This document shows positions 9,001-19,000 of a stretch of DNA of 64,000 nucleotides, piece after piece. Made by a program: the position numbers and the translations under genes. Location of the stretch: IMG/VR virus record IMGVR_UViG_3300017746_000005, positions 1-64,000 of that record; one strand, given 5' to 3'. The notes beneath the pieces are model-generated. The model did no database searches, was not told the origin of the DNA, and worked only from the letters and a program-made list of their open reading frames with translations. This DNA is from an uncultured virus (IMG/VR IMGVR_UViG_3300017746_000005). Its lineage: Duplodnaviria; Heunggongvirae; Uroviricota; Caudoviricetes. How positions within the stretch are numbered: the stretch's first letter is position 1; the number at the start of each line of letters is the position of its first letter.

Positions 9001-12000
9001 GAATTGGTACTGCGAGAGATATTACTAACTTTGAAAAAAATAAAGAAGTATTTCTAACTAACTTTGGATCAGGCGAACATACACTCTCCTATCCTCCAAT
9101 TGTTGTAAAAGTAGAATCCATTTCTGCTATTGGTTCAACTACTGTTATTCAACCACAACTAGATCCAGTAGTTCTTGGTAGTATCGATAATGTGTACCTA
9201 CAAGAAGGTGGTATTGGATATGGATGTACAAATATTATTGATTTACATAGGAGACCTAATGTTGGAGTTTCTACGGTTGTCTTTAATGCATTACTGAAAC
9301 CAATTATTATTGGCGGTCGTATTGTTGATGTGCAAATTCTTGCAAAGGGTAGGGGTTTTAGAAAAGACTCTGATATCTTTATTCATGGTTCATCTGGTGA
9401 TTTTGCTCAGATCAATCCAATCGTTGAAGATGGTGGTATTGTCGCTGTACAAATTCTTGACGGCGGAACTGGATATGAAAATGATGTATCCTTAGAACTT
9501 AGAAATAGAGGTACTGAAGCTAAGTTTATTGCCGATGTCCATGAATGGAAAATTAACCAAGTAACGAGATCTGCTGAAAATATTAATCCAGAAGATGGGT
9601 GTATATTAAAACCAACTACTAATCCAGATCTTGGACTCCAAGCCGTGTCAATGTATCCTCCCAGAAAGTTGAGATATCAACTTGGAGATAATATTGATGT
9701 AGGCAATCTTGAATTATCACAAAATGCTATTCATTCTCCTATTTTGGGATGGGCATATGATGGTAATCCAATTTATGGTCCATATGGTTATGAGAACCAA
9801 ATTGGCGGTTCAATAGTTAGACAGAATAGTGGTTATATTCTTAATAATCAAAATCTTAATGGTATACGACCTCCAGCATATTCATTAGGTTATTTTACAA
9901 ATGATTATTTGTTTAATAATTCTGGAAGTCTAGACAAACATGGCGGAAGATATTGTGTAACGCCACAGTTTCCAGATGGAACGTATGCATACTTTTTCAG
10001 CATTGACGTTGATTCTAGTGGAGTTGCTGAACCCAAATTCCCATATCTTGTTGGAGACCAATTTAAAGACCTTCCAGTTCAAGATAATTTCAATACATTC
10101 TTCAATCAAGATCTTGATATTTCTAAAGAAAAATTATCTAGAAATATTGGACCATATTATTTGTCTTTTGGAAACTCCAAATATGATCTGATTGATAAGG
10201 TAGATGATTCATATCAACAGAAATTCTTTGTAACTAAAGTAAAAACTTCTGGTATTGGATCTGTTAGCATCTTTAGTAGAGGTTCTGATTATAAAGTCAA
10301 TGATCTCTTGTCGCTTAACAACGAAGGAACGGATGGATCTGGAGCCAGTATTGTTGTTGACACTATTCTTGGTAAGGATATTAGTGAAATTAGTGTAGGA
10401 GTTTCAACTTACAGCGGGACTGAACTTAGAATAAGTGGCAGAAGTGTAATTGGAATAACCACAGTTCCACATGATTTCTTGGATAATGAATCAGTCCATA
10501 TTTCTGGAATAACAACTGCTAAGTTTGCACCATTTTTTGGCAAACAAAAAATTACTGTACCAAAACGTCGTGTAGGACTTACTGAATATATTCCTAATAT
10601 TGGAGTAACAGGAATAACAACCTTTATTTCTGTTACAGATACTGTTGGGTTTAAACCTGGTGACCATATCGGTGTTGGAACCGAAGTTATGGTTATTACT
10701 GAAATTGATAATAAGTTTAGGAGATTTAGAGTCAATCGTCAAAATTATGTTGGCATTGCAATCACACACCATGTTTCGGACAACTCTGTTTTCTTGAAAC
10801 CAGTTGAGTTTGGATTTAGTGCTGCCACAGTTGATAACCAATTCTTCACTTATGCAGTACAACCAAACAGAAGTATATACTTCTCACCCGAAAACACCGT
10901 GGGTGTGGGTTCTACGGGCAGAATCTACGATGTCATTAATACTGGTATCGGAACAGCTTTAACACAAAGTTATGATACTAGATTTGTACCTGAAAGAAGA
11001 ATCTTTATCCCAGATCATCGTCTTGCTACTGGACAACCATTACGATACAATGTTGGTACTGCTGGAACTTCCCTAGTTGTTTCAAATACAGCTATTGGAT
11101 CTACTTCGGGCATCGGAACTGTTAAATTAGGGGATGACTCTATTGTATATGCAGTTAATTTTGGGCAAAACTATCTTGGGATATCTACTATTGGGTTTAC
11201 TACAATTGGAGATGCATTATACTTCTTCGATATAGCAGACAATATTGGATATGCTCATTCACTTACTACTCAGTTCCCCAGAATTAATGCAAGAGTTCAA
11301 AGATATTTTACTAATGTTGTCACTGATACTGCTCATGGATTGGAAAATGGTGATATTGTAAAATTCAATACATCACCAACTCAGTCGGAAAATATTAAAC
11401 TTAGATTTGACCCTCTTATTGGTAAGATTACATCGGATAGGGTAAGCTTCTCTAGTACTAGTATTTCTGCAGATTATACTGATATCGATATTGAAGATGA
11501 AACATTTCAGAGTGGAGATAAAGTAGTATTTTATGCGTCTGAAGGTAATCTTATTGGTGGATTAGAAAATAACAATACATATTTTATTCTCCGTGAAGAT
11601 CCACAATTTATCAAACTTGTTCAGTATAAGTCGGATATTGCAGATTCAAATTCAATTGTATTTTCTTCTGTTGATATTGGTACATATGAAATTGCTAAGG
11701 TAAATCCAGCGTTATCTTTCACGGAAGGTAATCAATTTATTTTTGATGTTTCCGATGTGTCTTTAAAAGACATGAGATTGGAATTTTATGCTGATGCCAA
11801 TTATAGAAATAGTTTGGAAGTTCAAGGAACTGACGAGAGTGGATTTGCTATTACTAGAAATGGTGTATCTGGAACCACGGATGCTACAATTATTGTTGAC
11901 AGTAAAAGAGATTATCCAACTAAGAGTTTTTACAATTTAGTTCCAGTGGTTCCTTCCGACCAAAGAAAACTAAGTGTTATTTCGGACAAGGATGTTATTG

Positions 12001-14954
12001 GTAATAATAGCATCACTCTTAATGAAATAGTAGTTAATGGTGAGAACAGAATTACTGTTAGGGGTGATAAAGAATTTACATACAATCTTGATCGCATACC
12101 ATCAGAAACACAGACTTATGTTTCTAGACTTGGTGTTAGTACAATTTTCTATGAAACATCATCTACCTCTGCTGTCGGTCCAGTTTATTCTACAAAAACA
12201 AACTTTTCTGGTAGAGGATACAGAATTATTCCATCTACTAACGGATTTGTGAGTTCTTCTGGTAAGAATGCAACGGTCAAAATTCTTTCCAGTAATATTG
12301 GTAAAATTGATACTCTAGAAAGAGTTAAGGATGGATTTGATTATCCAACAGATCCTACTTTGATTCCATTCCTAAGTGTACCAGCTGTAATTGACGTTGC
12401 GGGGGTTCAGAGAATTAATGAAATTGAGATTTTGGATGGAGGTAGAAATTATTCTCAACCACCCAACTTGATTATACGTGGTAATGATACAATTGATCTA
12501 CAATCTAGACTTAATGGTGGAGCTGTAGACAAAGTATTCATTCTTCAAAATGCTTTTGAATTTGATGAACCTTTGAGTATTATCCCAACACAAAACTCCA
12601 ATGGATATGACATTGATCAAATTACTCATGTTGGAAATACCGTAACTATTGAATTACTTCTTGATGCTCAGTTCAATCAACCAGTCAGAACGGGATATGG
12701 AACTACTGATATTGAGTTTCCGTTTAAAGTTGGGGATTCTATTTTTATTGAAGGATGTAGATTAAAAGCCGATTCTTTGTTCGAGGGAGAGATTAATTTC
12801 AACTCGGAAAACTTTGACTTTAAGTTCTTCACCGTTACTGGAGTCAATACTTCTAATTTTACACTTTCGTATAGTGTTGCTGGAATTAATACAGGAACCT
12901 TGGGATCTTACGATGATGATTTTGGACTAGGTTATGTCGTTAATTCTAACGATATGGCAAAGTTTAGAATGAGTCTTATTAATGATGCCAAATTCTTATC
13001 TGAAGAAAAAATCACTTCTAAGAAATTTGAAGGATTTGTATCTCCAGGTGGTTGGGATCCTAGATTGAGTCAACTTAGACTCTCTGATACTTCTGGAGTA
13101 TTATCTGTTGGAGATGAGATCTATGGAGAACAGTCCACTATCATAGGTAGAGTTGAAGCTGTTAATAGATTTAATGTTAGAAGTACATTGGGAGTTAGTA
13201 GAGATAAAGTCGCAAAAAATGATAATACCACTGGAATTCTTAACGAGTTTAGTCAAAGAATTTCTGATAACTTCTACTATCAAAAGTTTTCATATTCCAT
13301 TAAAGGAAGAGTTCCATATGATACATGGAGGGAATCTGTAAGATCTATTGTTCACCCTTCTGGATTTAGAGAATTTTGTGATCTTGAGATTATTAGCCAA
13401 CCAACCACTAATATGAAGGTTAAGTCGGCTACTAATTCGGTAAATCTCTTAGTTAATATTGATAGTGACCTTTATCTACAAGAAAGACAGAACTTTGCTC
13501 TAGTCACTGAAGATGATATGGCTCCAGATGGAAGTATTCAAAGAATTTTCTTCCCAGAAGGTAGACCTATTAAGAGTTACATTCTGAATAAGACTAATAA
13601 AGTTCTATTGATAGATGATATCTCTTCTGGTTTCAATGGAGATCACGATAGAACAGGAACTTTAGTTGGTAATATTGGATTTAAACTGAAAGCTAATGGT
13701 CAACCATTATTTAAAGCAACTTTCAATGCATCCGATAGTTCAGTTGTTGATCTTGTGGATAACATCATTACTATTCCTAATCATAACTTCCAAACAGGTC
13801 AGGAATTAAATTATAGTCTAGAAGGTGGATCTCCAATTGGAATTGCTACTACATCTCACGTTGCTGGTCTCAGAGACATTGTAATGAATGTAGAAACAGC
13901 ATTGGCTGGTAGTGGTGCAATGTTTGAAAATGGATATAACATAGAAATTCCAGAACATACTGTTACTGGTGTTGGTACTGTAGTAAGTCCAATTGTTGTG
14001 TTTGTTGTATATGGATTCGGAAGTCCTGATGGTGGTCTTCCTGGCATTTCTACTAGGGGAACGGGGGCTAGATTCCAAGTTAAATTTACATATGAACAAA
14101 GTACGGGTCAACCACTTTCTACGAATATTACCTTGACTCAGGGTGGTAGTGGATACTATGTTGGTGATAATGTGAGTATTGCTGGTACTCATTTGGGTGG
14201 AACTACTCCTGCAAACGACCTAACATTCCCCGTATCACGCATTACTGGTACTCAAACAGGTGTTACTACTACTTACCTTAACGTACCATCAACAAGTGAT
14301 TTAAGCGGTACTGGCGCACGTTTTGACGTTACTAGAGATTCAAATCTTGATGTTGAAAGTATTATTGTTGTTAGTGGTGGTAGTGGATATGTAAGTACGG
14401 AAACAATTTCTATTGCTGGAACTTATATTGGTGGTAGTGGTTCTAATGATGATCTTCTCTGCACACCAGTAGAGCTGGGTGGAACATCTATTCCCGAGAG
14501 AGTTTTTGTTCAGAAAATTGATGATGTTACATTTAAGATTAGTGGACTATCCACTTCATTGCCATTGGATTTTGTTGGATATGGAACTGGAACTCATAAG
14601 TTTAGCGTTTCTGACCCATCTACAAACGCATTAATCTTGATTGATAATATCATCCAAAGTCCTCTTAGAAATAAAAAACTTGAGGTTGGCATTGGATCTC
14701 CAATTGGAATATTTGATCAAAGTATTGTCGTTACTACTGGAATTACGTCTTTGGCACCAAATGATGTGATTAAGTATGGTGATGAATTTATGAAGGTTAA
14801 ACAAATTGGTGATGGAACATTTGTTCAAGGTAGAAGAGCAGAAATTGAAAATACTGTAGATAATAATTTCTTCTATGATGTCAATAGAGTGAACTCCACT
14901 ATCACTAGGTTTAATGAGACTGTTGTAACCTACGATGATAGACCTCCGTATTGA
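6006..14954 (+). CDS. gp7: giant gp7-like baseplate wedge initiator, N-terminal part (2982 aa) with YHYH-type domain
   Basis: N-terminal QIPSF..ESPLF.EFLEQYY and KDFYSAKGT..S..ILFKLLYG motifs; HSPILGWAYDGNPIYGPYG (YHYH-like); YYQKFSYSIK...HPSGF; located between gp6 and gp8. Confidence 0.8.
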   Translation: MPEQNKVKISQLIESQIPSFLNQESPLFTEFLEQYYISQEHQSGVTDLAVNLPEYRQITAFNNESLIPYNVLLLDIFSADDTITVQSTAGWPDQYGLIKIDNEIITYKSKTETQFLECSRGFSGISKIQQDVNSEFLDFSISEADEHSAGSLVYNLSNLFLQEFFAKFKKEFLPGFENRSFVEGTSVQNTLTRAKDFYSAKGTDASYQILFKLLYGEEIELIKPIDDTITSSANVYFKTKNILVENLFDGDPLRTVGNFLFQNVTGIGTVSASIYNVEYRPIDKKDFYEISLDASSFSGSYQVPGKTKTLQGIPQFSDNILVDSTIGFDREGSLLIKPTVDSNFIEISYTDKTINQFLGVSGISTDLVFGAEIFEDKLAFSYAGFGQTSQVQLRIVNVIDNIDVSDTANMVVGDSLKLSTFGLDKGEDSQFNSWIYNIPTIHNISSVDQLNINTFRINLFDDVVFFIGEKIVLSNDNTEITGEIKIIEYDASRSEKRLSNKVVVLVNGTLPIEPKVLKKTIVKAEHNLGRFPGINKFPVGIQNSYLSENGDDYFVTTAGIPNYPLFATDNKKFVKTDINETTDSGGTPINGGGFTYLMKSVDADDANTSIKHEYTTGDKIFWDNIDNSGIQTGIYFVTAVNETEFYLSFSGSDVFSQKYIPFKTNSTGQYIVKSGFENKDIQHQKILKKFPYVRKEQYFDDPNARDVKNRPVGLLANGVEIYPPTVFDEQIYYGDIVNIKVTNTGKNYDVINGPDIVVQDQNGTGCKAFPTVTGSFREVRLVSPGIGYQKKPKITVEGGNGNGAVLESNFVKGKIIVNFKADGTSVNSNSETIDFPTSHNFELGEEVFYDSKNNTPIGNLISGATYFIRIVDSKTIALHTSFQDAVNNTNTVNIGAPSFGFHSFVSTKSKNTITKIYVKEPGSGYSNRKVVVPSRTTAAGTRAGIDTSDNYIYARGHNFITRDVVRYSHTENAIGGLSSTTEYFVKTIDSNKFKLYDVGIGTARDITNFEKNKEVFLTNFGSGEHTLSYPPIVVKVESISAIGSTTVIQPQLDPVVLGSIDNVYLQEGGIGYGCTNIIDLHRRPNVGVSTVVFNALLKPIIIGGRIVDVQILAKGRGFRKDSDIFIHGSSGDFAQINPIVEDGGIVAVQILDGGTGYENDVSLELRNRGTEAKFIADVHEWKINQVTRSAENINPEDGCILKPTTNPDLGLQAVSMYPPRKLRYQLGDNIDVGNLELSQNAIHSPILGWAYDGNPIYGPYGYENQIGGSIVRQNSGYILNNQNLNGIRPPAYSLGYFTNDYLFNNSGSLDKHGGRYCVTPQFPDGTYAYFFSIDVDSSGVAEPKFPYLVGDQFKDLPVQDNFNTFFNQDLDISKEKLSRNIGPYYLSFGNSKYDLIDKVDDSYQQKFFVTKVKTSGIGSVSIFSRGSDYKVNDLLSLNNEGTDGSGASIVVDTILGKDISEISVGVSTYSGTELRISGRSVIGITTVPHDFLDNESVHISGITTAKFAPFFGKQKITVPKRRVGLTEYIPNIGVTGITTFISVTDTVGFKPGDHIGVGTEVMVITEIDNKFRRFRVNRQNYVGIAITHHVSDNSVFLKPVEFGFSAATVDNQFFTYAVQPNRSIYFSPENTVGVGSTGRIYDVINTGIGTALTQSYDTRFVPERRIFIPDHRLATGQPLRYNVGTAGTSLVVSNTAIGSTSGIGTVKLGDDSIVYAVNFGQNYLGISTIGFTTIGDALYFFDIADNIGYAHSLTTQFPRINARVQRYFTNVVTDTAHGLENGDIVKFNTSPTQSENIKLRFDPLIGKITSDRVSFSSTSISADYTDIDIEDETFQSGDKVVFYASEGNLIGGLENNNTYFILREDPQFIKLVQYKSDIADSNSIVFSSVDIGTYEIAKVNPALSFTEGNQFIFDVSDVSLKDMRLEFYADANYRNSLEVQGTDESGFAITRNGVSGTTDATIIVDSKRDYPTKSFYNLVPVVPSDQRKLSVISDKDVIGNNSITLNEIVVNGENRITVRGDKEFTYNLDRIPSETQTYVSRLGVSTIFYETSSTSAVGPVYSTKTNFSGRGYRIIPSTNGFVSSSGKNATVKILSSNIGKIDTLERVKDGFDYPTDPTLIPFLSVPAVIDVAGVQRINEIEILDGGRNYSQPPNLIIRGNDTIDLQSRLNGGAVDKVFILQNAFEFDEPLSIIPTQNSNGYDIDQITHVGNTVTIELLLDAQFNQPVRTGYGTTDIEFPFKVGDSIFIEGCRLKADSLFEGEINFNSENFDFKFFTVTGVNTSNFTLSYSVAGINTGTLGSYDDDFGLGYVVNSNDMAKFRMSLINDAKFLSEEKITSKKFEGFVSPGGWDPRLSQLRLSDTSGVLSVGDEIYGEQSTIIGRVEAVNRFNVRSTLGVSRDKVAKNDNTTGILNEFSQRISDNFYYQKFSYSIKGRVPYDTWRESVRSIVHPSGFREFCDLEIISQPTTNMKVKSATNSVNLLVNIDSDLYLQERQNFALVTEDDMAPDGSIQRIFFPEGRPIKSYILNKTNKVLLIDDISSGFNGDHDRTGTLVGNIGFKLKANGQPLFKATFNASDSSVVDLVDNIITIPNHNFQTGQELNYSLEGGSPIGIATTSHVAGLRDIVMNVETALAGSGAMFENGYNIEIPEHTVTGVGTVVSPIVVFVVYGFGSPDGGLPGISTRGTGARFQVKFTYEQSTGQPLSTNITLTQGGSGYYVGDNVSIAGTHLGGTTPANDLTFPVSRITGTQTGVTTTYLNVPSTSDLSGTGARFDVTRDSNLDVESIIVVSGGSGYVSTETISIAGTYIGGSGSNDDLLCTPVELGGTSIPERVFVQKIDDVTFKISGLSTSLPLDFVGYGTGTHKFSVSDPSTNALILIDNIIQSPLRNKKLEVGIGSPIGIFDQSIVVTTGITSLAPNDVIKYGDEFMKVKQIGDGTFVQGRRAEIENTVDNNFFYDVNRVNSTITRFNETVVTYDDRPPY

Positions 14955-14955
14955 C

Positions 14956-14963
14956 TATAAATA
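14956..14963 (+). promoter_or_regulatory. T4-type late promoter
   Basis: exact TATAAATA 20 nt upstream of ATG 14984. Confidence 0.75.
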
Positions 14964-14983
14964 ACTGAAAAACTATTTGAGTA

Positions 14984-16012
14984 ATGGCAAAGCAAGGCAT
15001 TAATACTGGTACTGCCCCTAATGATGGCACTGGAGATACCCTGCTGGCAGGAACTCTAAAGATTAACAGTAATTTTGATGATCTTTATAATATCTTTGGA
15101 GACGGAACCAATCTTATTAGTTTCGTCTCTTACGCTACCACTGCGGGGTATTCTACCAATGCGGGTATCGCATCCACATCTACATATGCTCAGACTGCAA
15201 GATATGTAACTGATGATATTGATATCAATACATCGGGTATCCTGACATCTTCATATGCTGACATTGGTAAGATTACCATTCAACAACCAGGAGCGATTAC
15301 TGACGGTCCAATTGAGGTTGGTTTTGCAGCTACAATGTTCCGAATACGATCTGACGGTATGGTCGGCATTGGAACATCTATACCAACGTCTCAACTTGAA
15401 GTTGTATCTTTCTCAGATGCTAGACCAGCACTGTGGGCGATTGCAAAATCAAATGGACCTTCCTTTAGGGCTTCTGACCAAGATATTACTCCCGAAAAGA
15501 CTTTTGTTATTACAAAAGATTCCAATATAGGTATTGGTACAAATGTTCCATCTGCCAACCAGAGACTTGATATTCGTGGAAATGTAACTGCAGAGGGAGT
15601 TGTTACTCTTGATGGAACAACTAACTTTAATAGTGATATTACTGAAACAGTAGTAAATGATTTTGGTGATAATATTGTAGTTTCTTCGGCAGGAACTTTA
15701 ACTGTTGATCTTTCTCAAGGGACTGTGGTTCTTGGTGGAATTACTACTTCGGTTTCGACCTGGGACTTCACTAATGTTACTGCATTAAATAGTAAGGCGA
15801 CTACAGCAACTCTTGTTATCAATTCTGGTGTTGGATACACCTATGGTGATTCAGTTAATATTAATGGTGGACCTATCGCTGGTGGTATTAGGTGGGTTGG
15901 AGGAAACCCCCCACCTGCTTCCCCAGGTGAAGATATTTTGACATTCAGTATAATTAGAGATTCTTCTGGTTTAACAAGAGTTTATTGTAGTAGTTCCATT
16001 AATATTAGCTGA
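14984..16012 (+). CDS. virion structural protein with gp9/gp10-like N-terminus
   Basis: MAKQGINTGTAPNDGTGDTL..G..KIN.NF.DLY N-terminal motif of T4 gp9/gp10-type proteins; VGIGTS.P...L.V trimeric beta repeats. Confidence 0.75.
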   Translation: MAKQGINTGTAPNDGTGDTLLAGTLKINSNFDDLYNIFGDGTNLISFVSYATTAGYSTNAGIASTSTYAQTARYVTDDIDINTSGILTSSYADIGKITIQQPGAITDGPIEVGFAATMFRIRSDGMVGIGTSIPTSQLEVVSFSDARPALWAIAKSNGPSFRASDQDITPEKTFVITKDSNIGIGTNVPSANQRLDIRGNVTAEGVVTLDGTTNFNSDITETVVNDFGDNIVVSSAGTLTVDLSQGTVVLGGITTSVSTWDFTNVTALNSKATTATLVINSGVGYTYGDSVNINGGPIAGGIRWVGGNPPPASPGEDILTFSIIRDSSGLTRVYCSSSINIS

Positions 16013-16020
16013 TAAGATAA

Positions 16021-19000
16021 ATGCCAAGAACCACACCTGGATCGGGAGCTATTCTAAGACCAGTATTCAACTCCTCTTACGGTGTAGAGAGGATTGAAGT
16101 AATTGCTGGTGGAAATGCTTATACTAAAGCAGATCCTCCCAAAATTATTATTGAAGGAACCGAAACTCCTATAGTAGAAGGTATTTTCTATCCAGTCATT
16201 ACTGGGGTTGGTACGATTAGTGAAGTAGTCATTTTTAACACTGGTGCTGGATACTACCCAGTATTCTCAACAACTACTTCATCCCAAGTTGTTGTTGATA
16301 GAGGATCTTTTGGATCTATTTCTACTATTCATGGAAGTGGTATATCTTCAGTATTTGTTGGTGACTATAATATTGTTGAAGATGATATCTTTTTTATCGA
16401 TGCTCCTTATGGTAAAAGGGGTCCAGTAGGATTAGAAACGGGATCCACTTTTAATGGGAGATTATTCTCAAGAAAATTTGATGCATTTGAACCTCAAGAT
16501 AAAAACTTAGTTCTTGATGATATTTCACTGGAATTTACTGGAGTTGCTGGAACTAATTTTAGAGTAACAGAAAATCTGGGCATAGTATCTTCTTTGTTCA
16601 ATAGTGTTAATACTGGAGTCGAGATTAATAATAATCCGTTTATTCTTATCAATAATGTTGTTCAGACTCCAAACTTAGATTTTACATTTAATAATGCTTC
16701 TGACAATCAATTAAATTTTTTAAGTGGTGTACCTAGAGCGGGAAGACTTGATAAGGTTGGAATTGATACTGGTTGTGGATATTATATTCCAGTAGAAGCT
16801 GCAGCAGTTGCTGGTGTAAATTCTTCTGGATCTGTTGATTATGTTCAACTTCGTGGTGGTGGACAAGGATATAGAAATCCTCCCAATGTTCGTATTAGGG
16901 CTACAAATGGTATTGGTGCATCTGCTACTGCAGTTCTTGGAACCAAAGTAGATACTCCTGTTGGAATTACAACGGCGGTATTTGATATGTTTAGTGGTAT
17001 TGGAACCTTTACCACTGCGGCTCCACATGATCTATATGATGGGGACCGAGTTGTAATTACAGGCGCTGGATTTACATTTACTCCACTATCTCCGATAAGA
17101 AATATTAATGAGTTTGGATATGATTACATTACTGGTATTGCTACACTTAGTGTTTATGGTGGACATTATATTGGTACTGGAGCCAACCAGTCTAGACATT
17201 TAACTCTTAGGGGAATTCAGGTAACTGATGGTATTAGTACTTTCACTCTAAGAGAAGATTCATATCCGATTGTTTCTATTGGGAATACTGAAGAAGTTAA
17301 GATCAACATTGGTATTGCAACTGAAGGCCTTCAGTATGTAAGTGCTGGTACAGTCCAGGCTGGTGTTGACACAAATATTCTGGAAGCACGAAATATAATC
17401 GGTTTTGATGTTATTGATACCCCAACAGATGATACTTTTGAGGTATTCTTGGGAATTACTACTTTCCCACATAACTATGTGACTGGTGGAGCCGTTCAGA
17501 GAGACCAGACGGGTATTGTAACAGCGATTAACCTTACCTCTGGTGGTACTGGGTACTTTCCTGCCGCAAAGGTCGTATACAGCGATAATACGCAGGAATC
17601 AGGAATCACAACATTTACTGCTCATGGTGAACAGATTGGAGTTACAACAAATGTTGGTATTGCTGAGTATGATCCTGTTGTTGGAATTTTGACCGTCAGA
17701 TTTAGTGAGAATCATGGTCTTACTGATGACGATGCAGTAAAACTTGAAGGATTGGTATTTGATACCATTAATGGACCTGTTACTTTCCCTAGAGGATTAA
17801 AGAAGTATTTTGGATTTACAGTCCCAAATAATGTTGACATTAATATTGATGCCACAGAAGAAATGTATGATCTCACAAGAAATGTGGGAGTCTATACAGG
17901 ACAACTTCTTACTGGAACCATTACTCGATATAAGGGTCATGGGTTAAAAACGGATGATTTTGTTGTTGTCAGTGGAGTTGGCCAAACTACAACTAGTTCC
18001 GTAGACTTAAGACTTTCTGATGTTGAATATGATAATGTTAGTGGAGTAGCAACTATTACTACAAGAAGAAATCATAATTTTACAAAAAATGATTTTGTAA
18101 TTGTTAGTGGAATTGCATTTACTTGTGATTACTCTCCATCAATTGGTATTACTACAGCAGAGTACGATAATATTAGTGGCATTATGACGATTACTACCGC
18201 TGCCCCTCATGGGTATTCGGAAGGTGGTAAAGCGGGAAGTGTTGTTCTCAGTGGACTTGGATTTACTTGTGACATTGATAATGGTGCTTCCATTCACTAT
18301 TATCCAAGACATAGAGATGAATCATATCAAAAGTCTATTTCTATTGCTTCGACAACAAACACAACAATTACTTTAGATGTAGGTAAGTCTCCAAGAAATG
18401 AGTCATATCCACACACGTTTGCATCTGCAAAAACAGGATCTGTAGTTTCTGGTGGTGACTATGCACACAGTTTTGTTGGGTCCGCTTCTAGTTCCATTAT
18501 TCTTGGTGGAGAATATGATTATAACTTTGTCAGTGCAACATCTGAAGCTATTGTTGTTGGTGGTGACTATGATCATACTTTTGTAAGTTCTGGATCTACT
18601 GCACTCTGGAGAGGTGGTGGATATCCACATACATTTGTTAGTGCAGGAGCTACTGCTGTTATCACTGGTGGTGATTACACATATACGTTTGTTCCTGATA
18701 GTAATAATGGTGGTGCTATTGCAAAATACACTTGGGCTGGACCATTCCTAACTCCAACTACAGTGGGGTATATTCCATCTACGGGAGTATTGACACTTCA
18801 ATTTAACCAACCACATTTCCTAACTACAAATGATACGGTTGGTATTGCAACAGGATCGTTGACATTCACATGCGATATGGATGGCAATGCAACTGAACAT
18901 TTATATCCTAGACGTAGAGATCCTGTTCATAATAGATCAGATATTCCAGTTGCTAGTGTTGTCAATGCAACTACGATTACGGTCAATGTTGGAGCTACTC

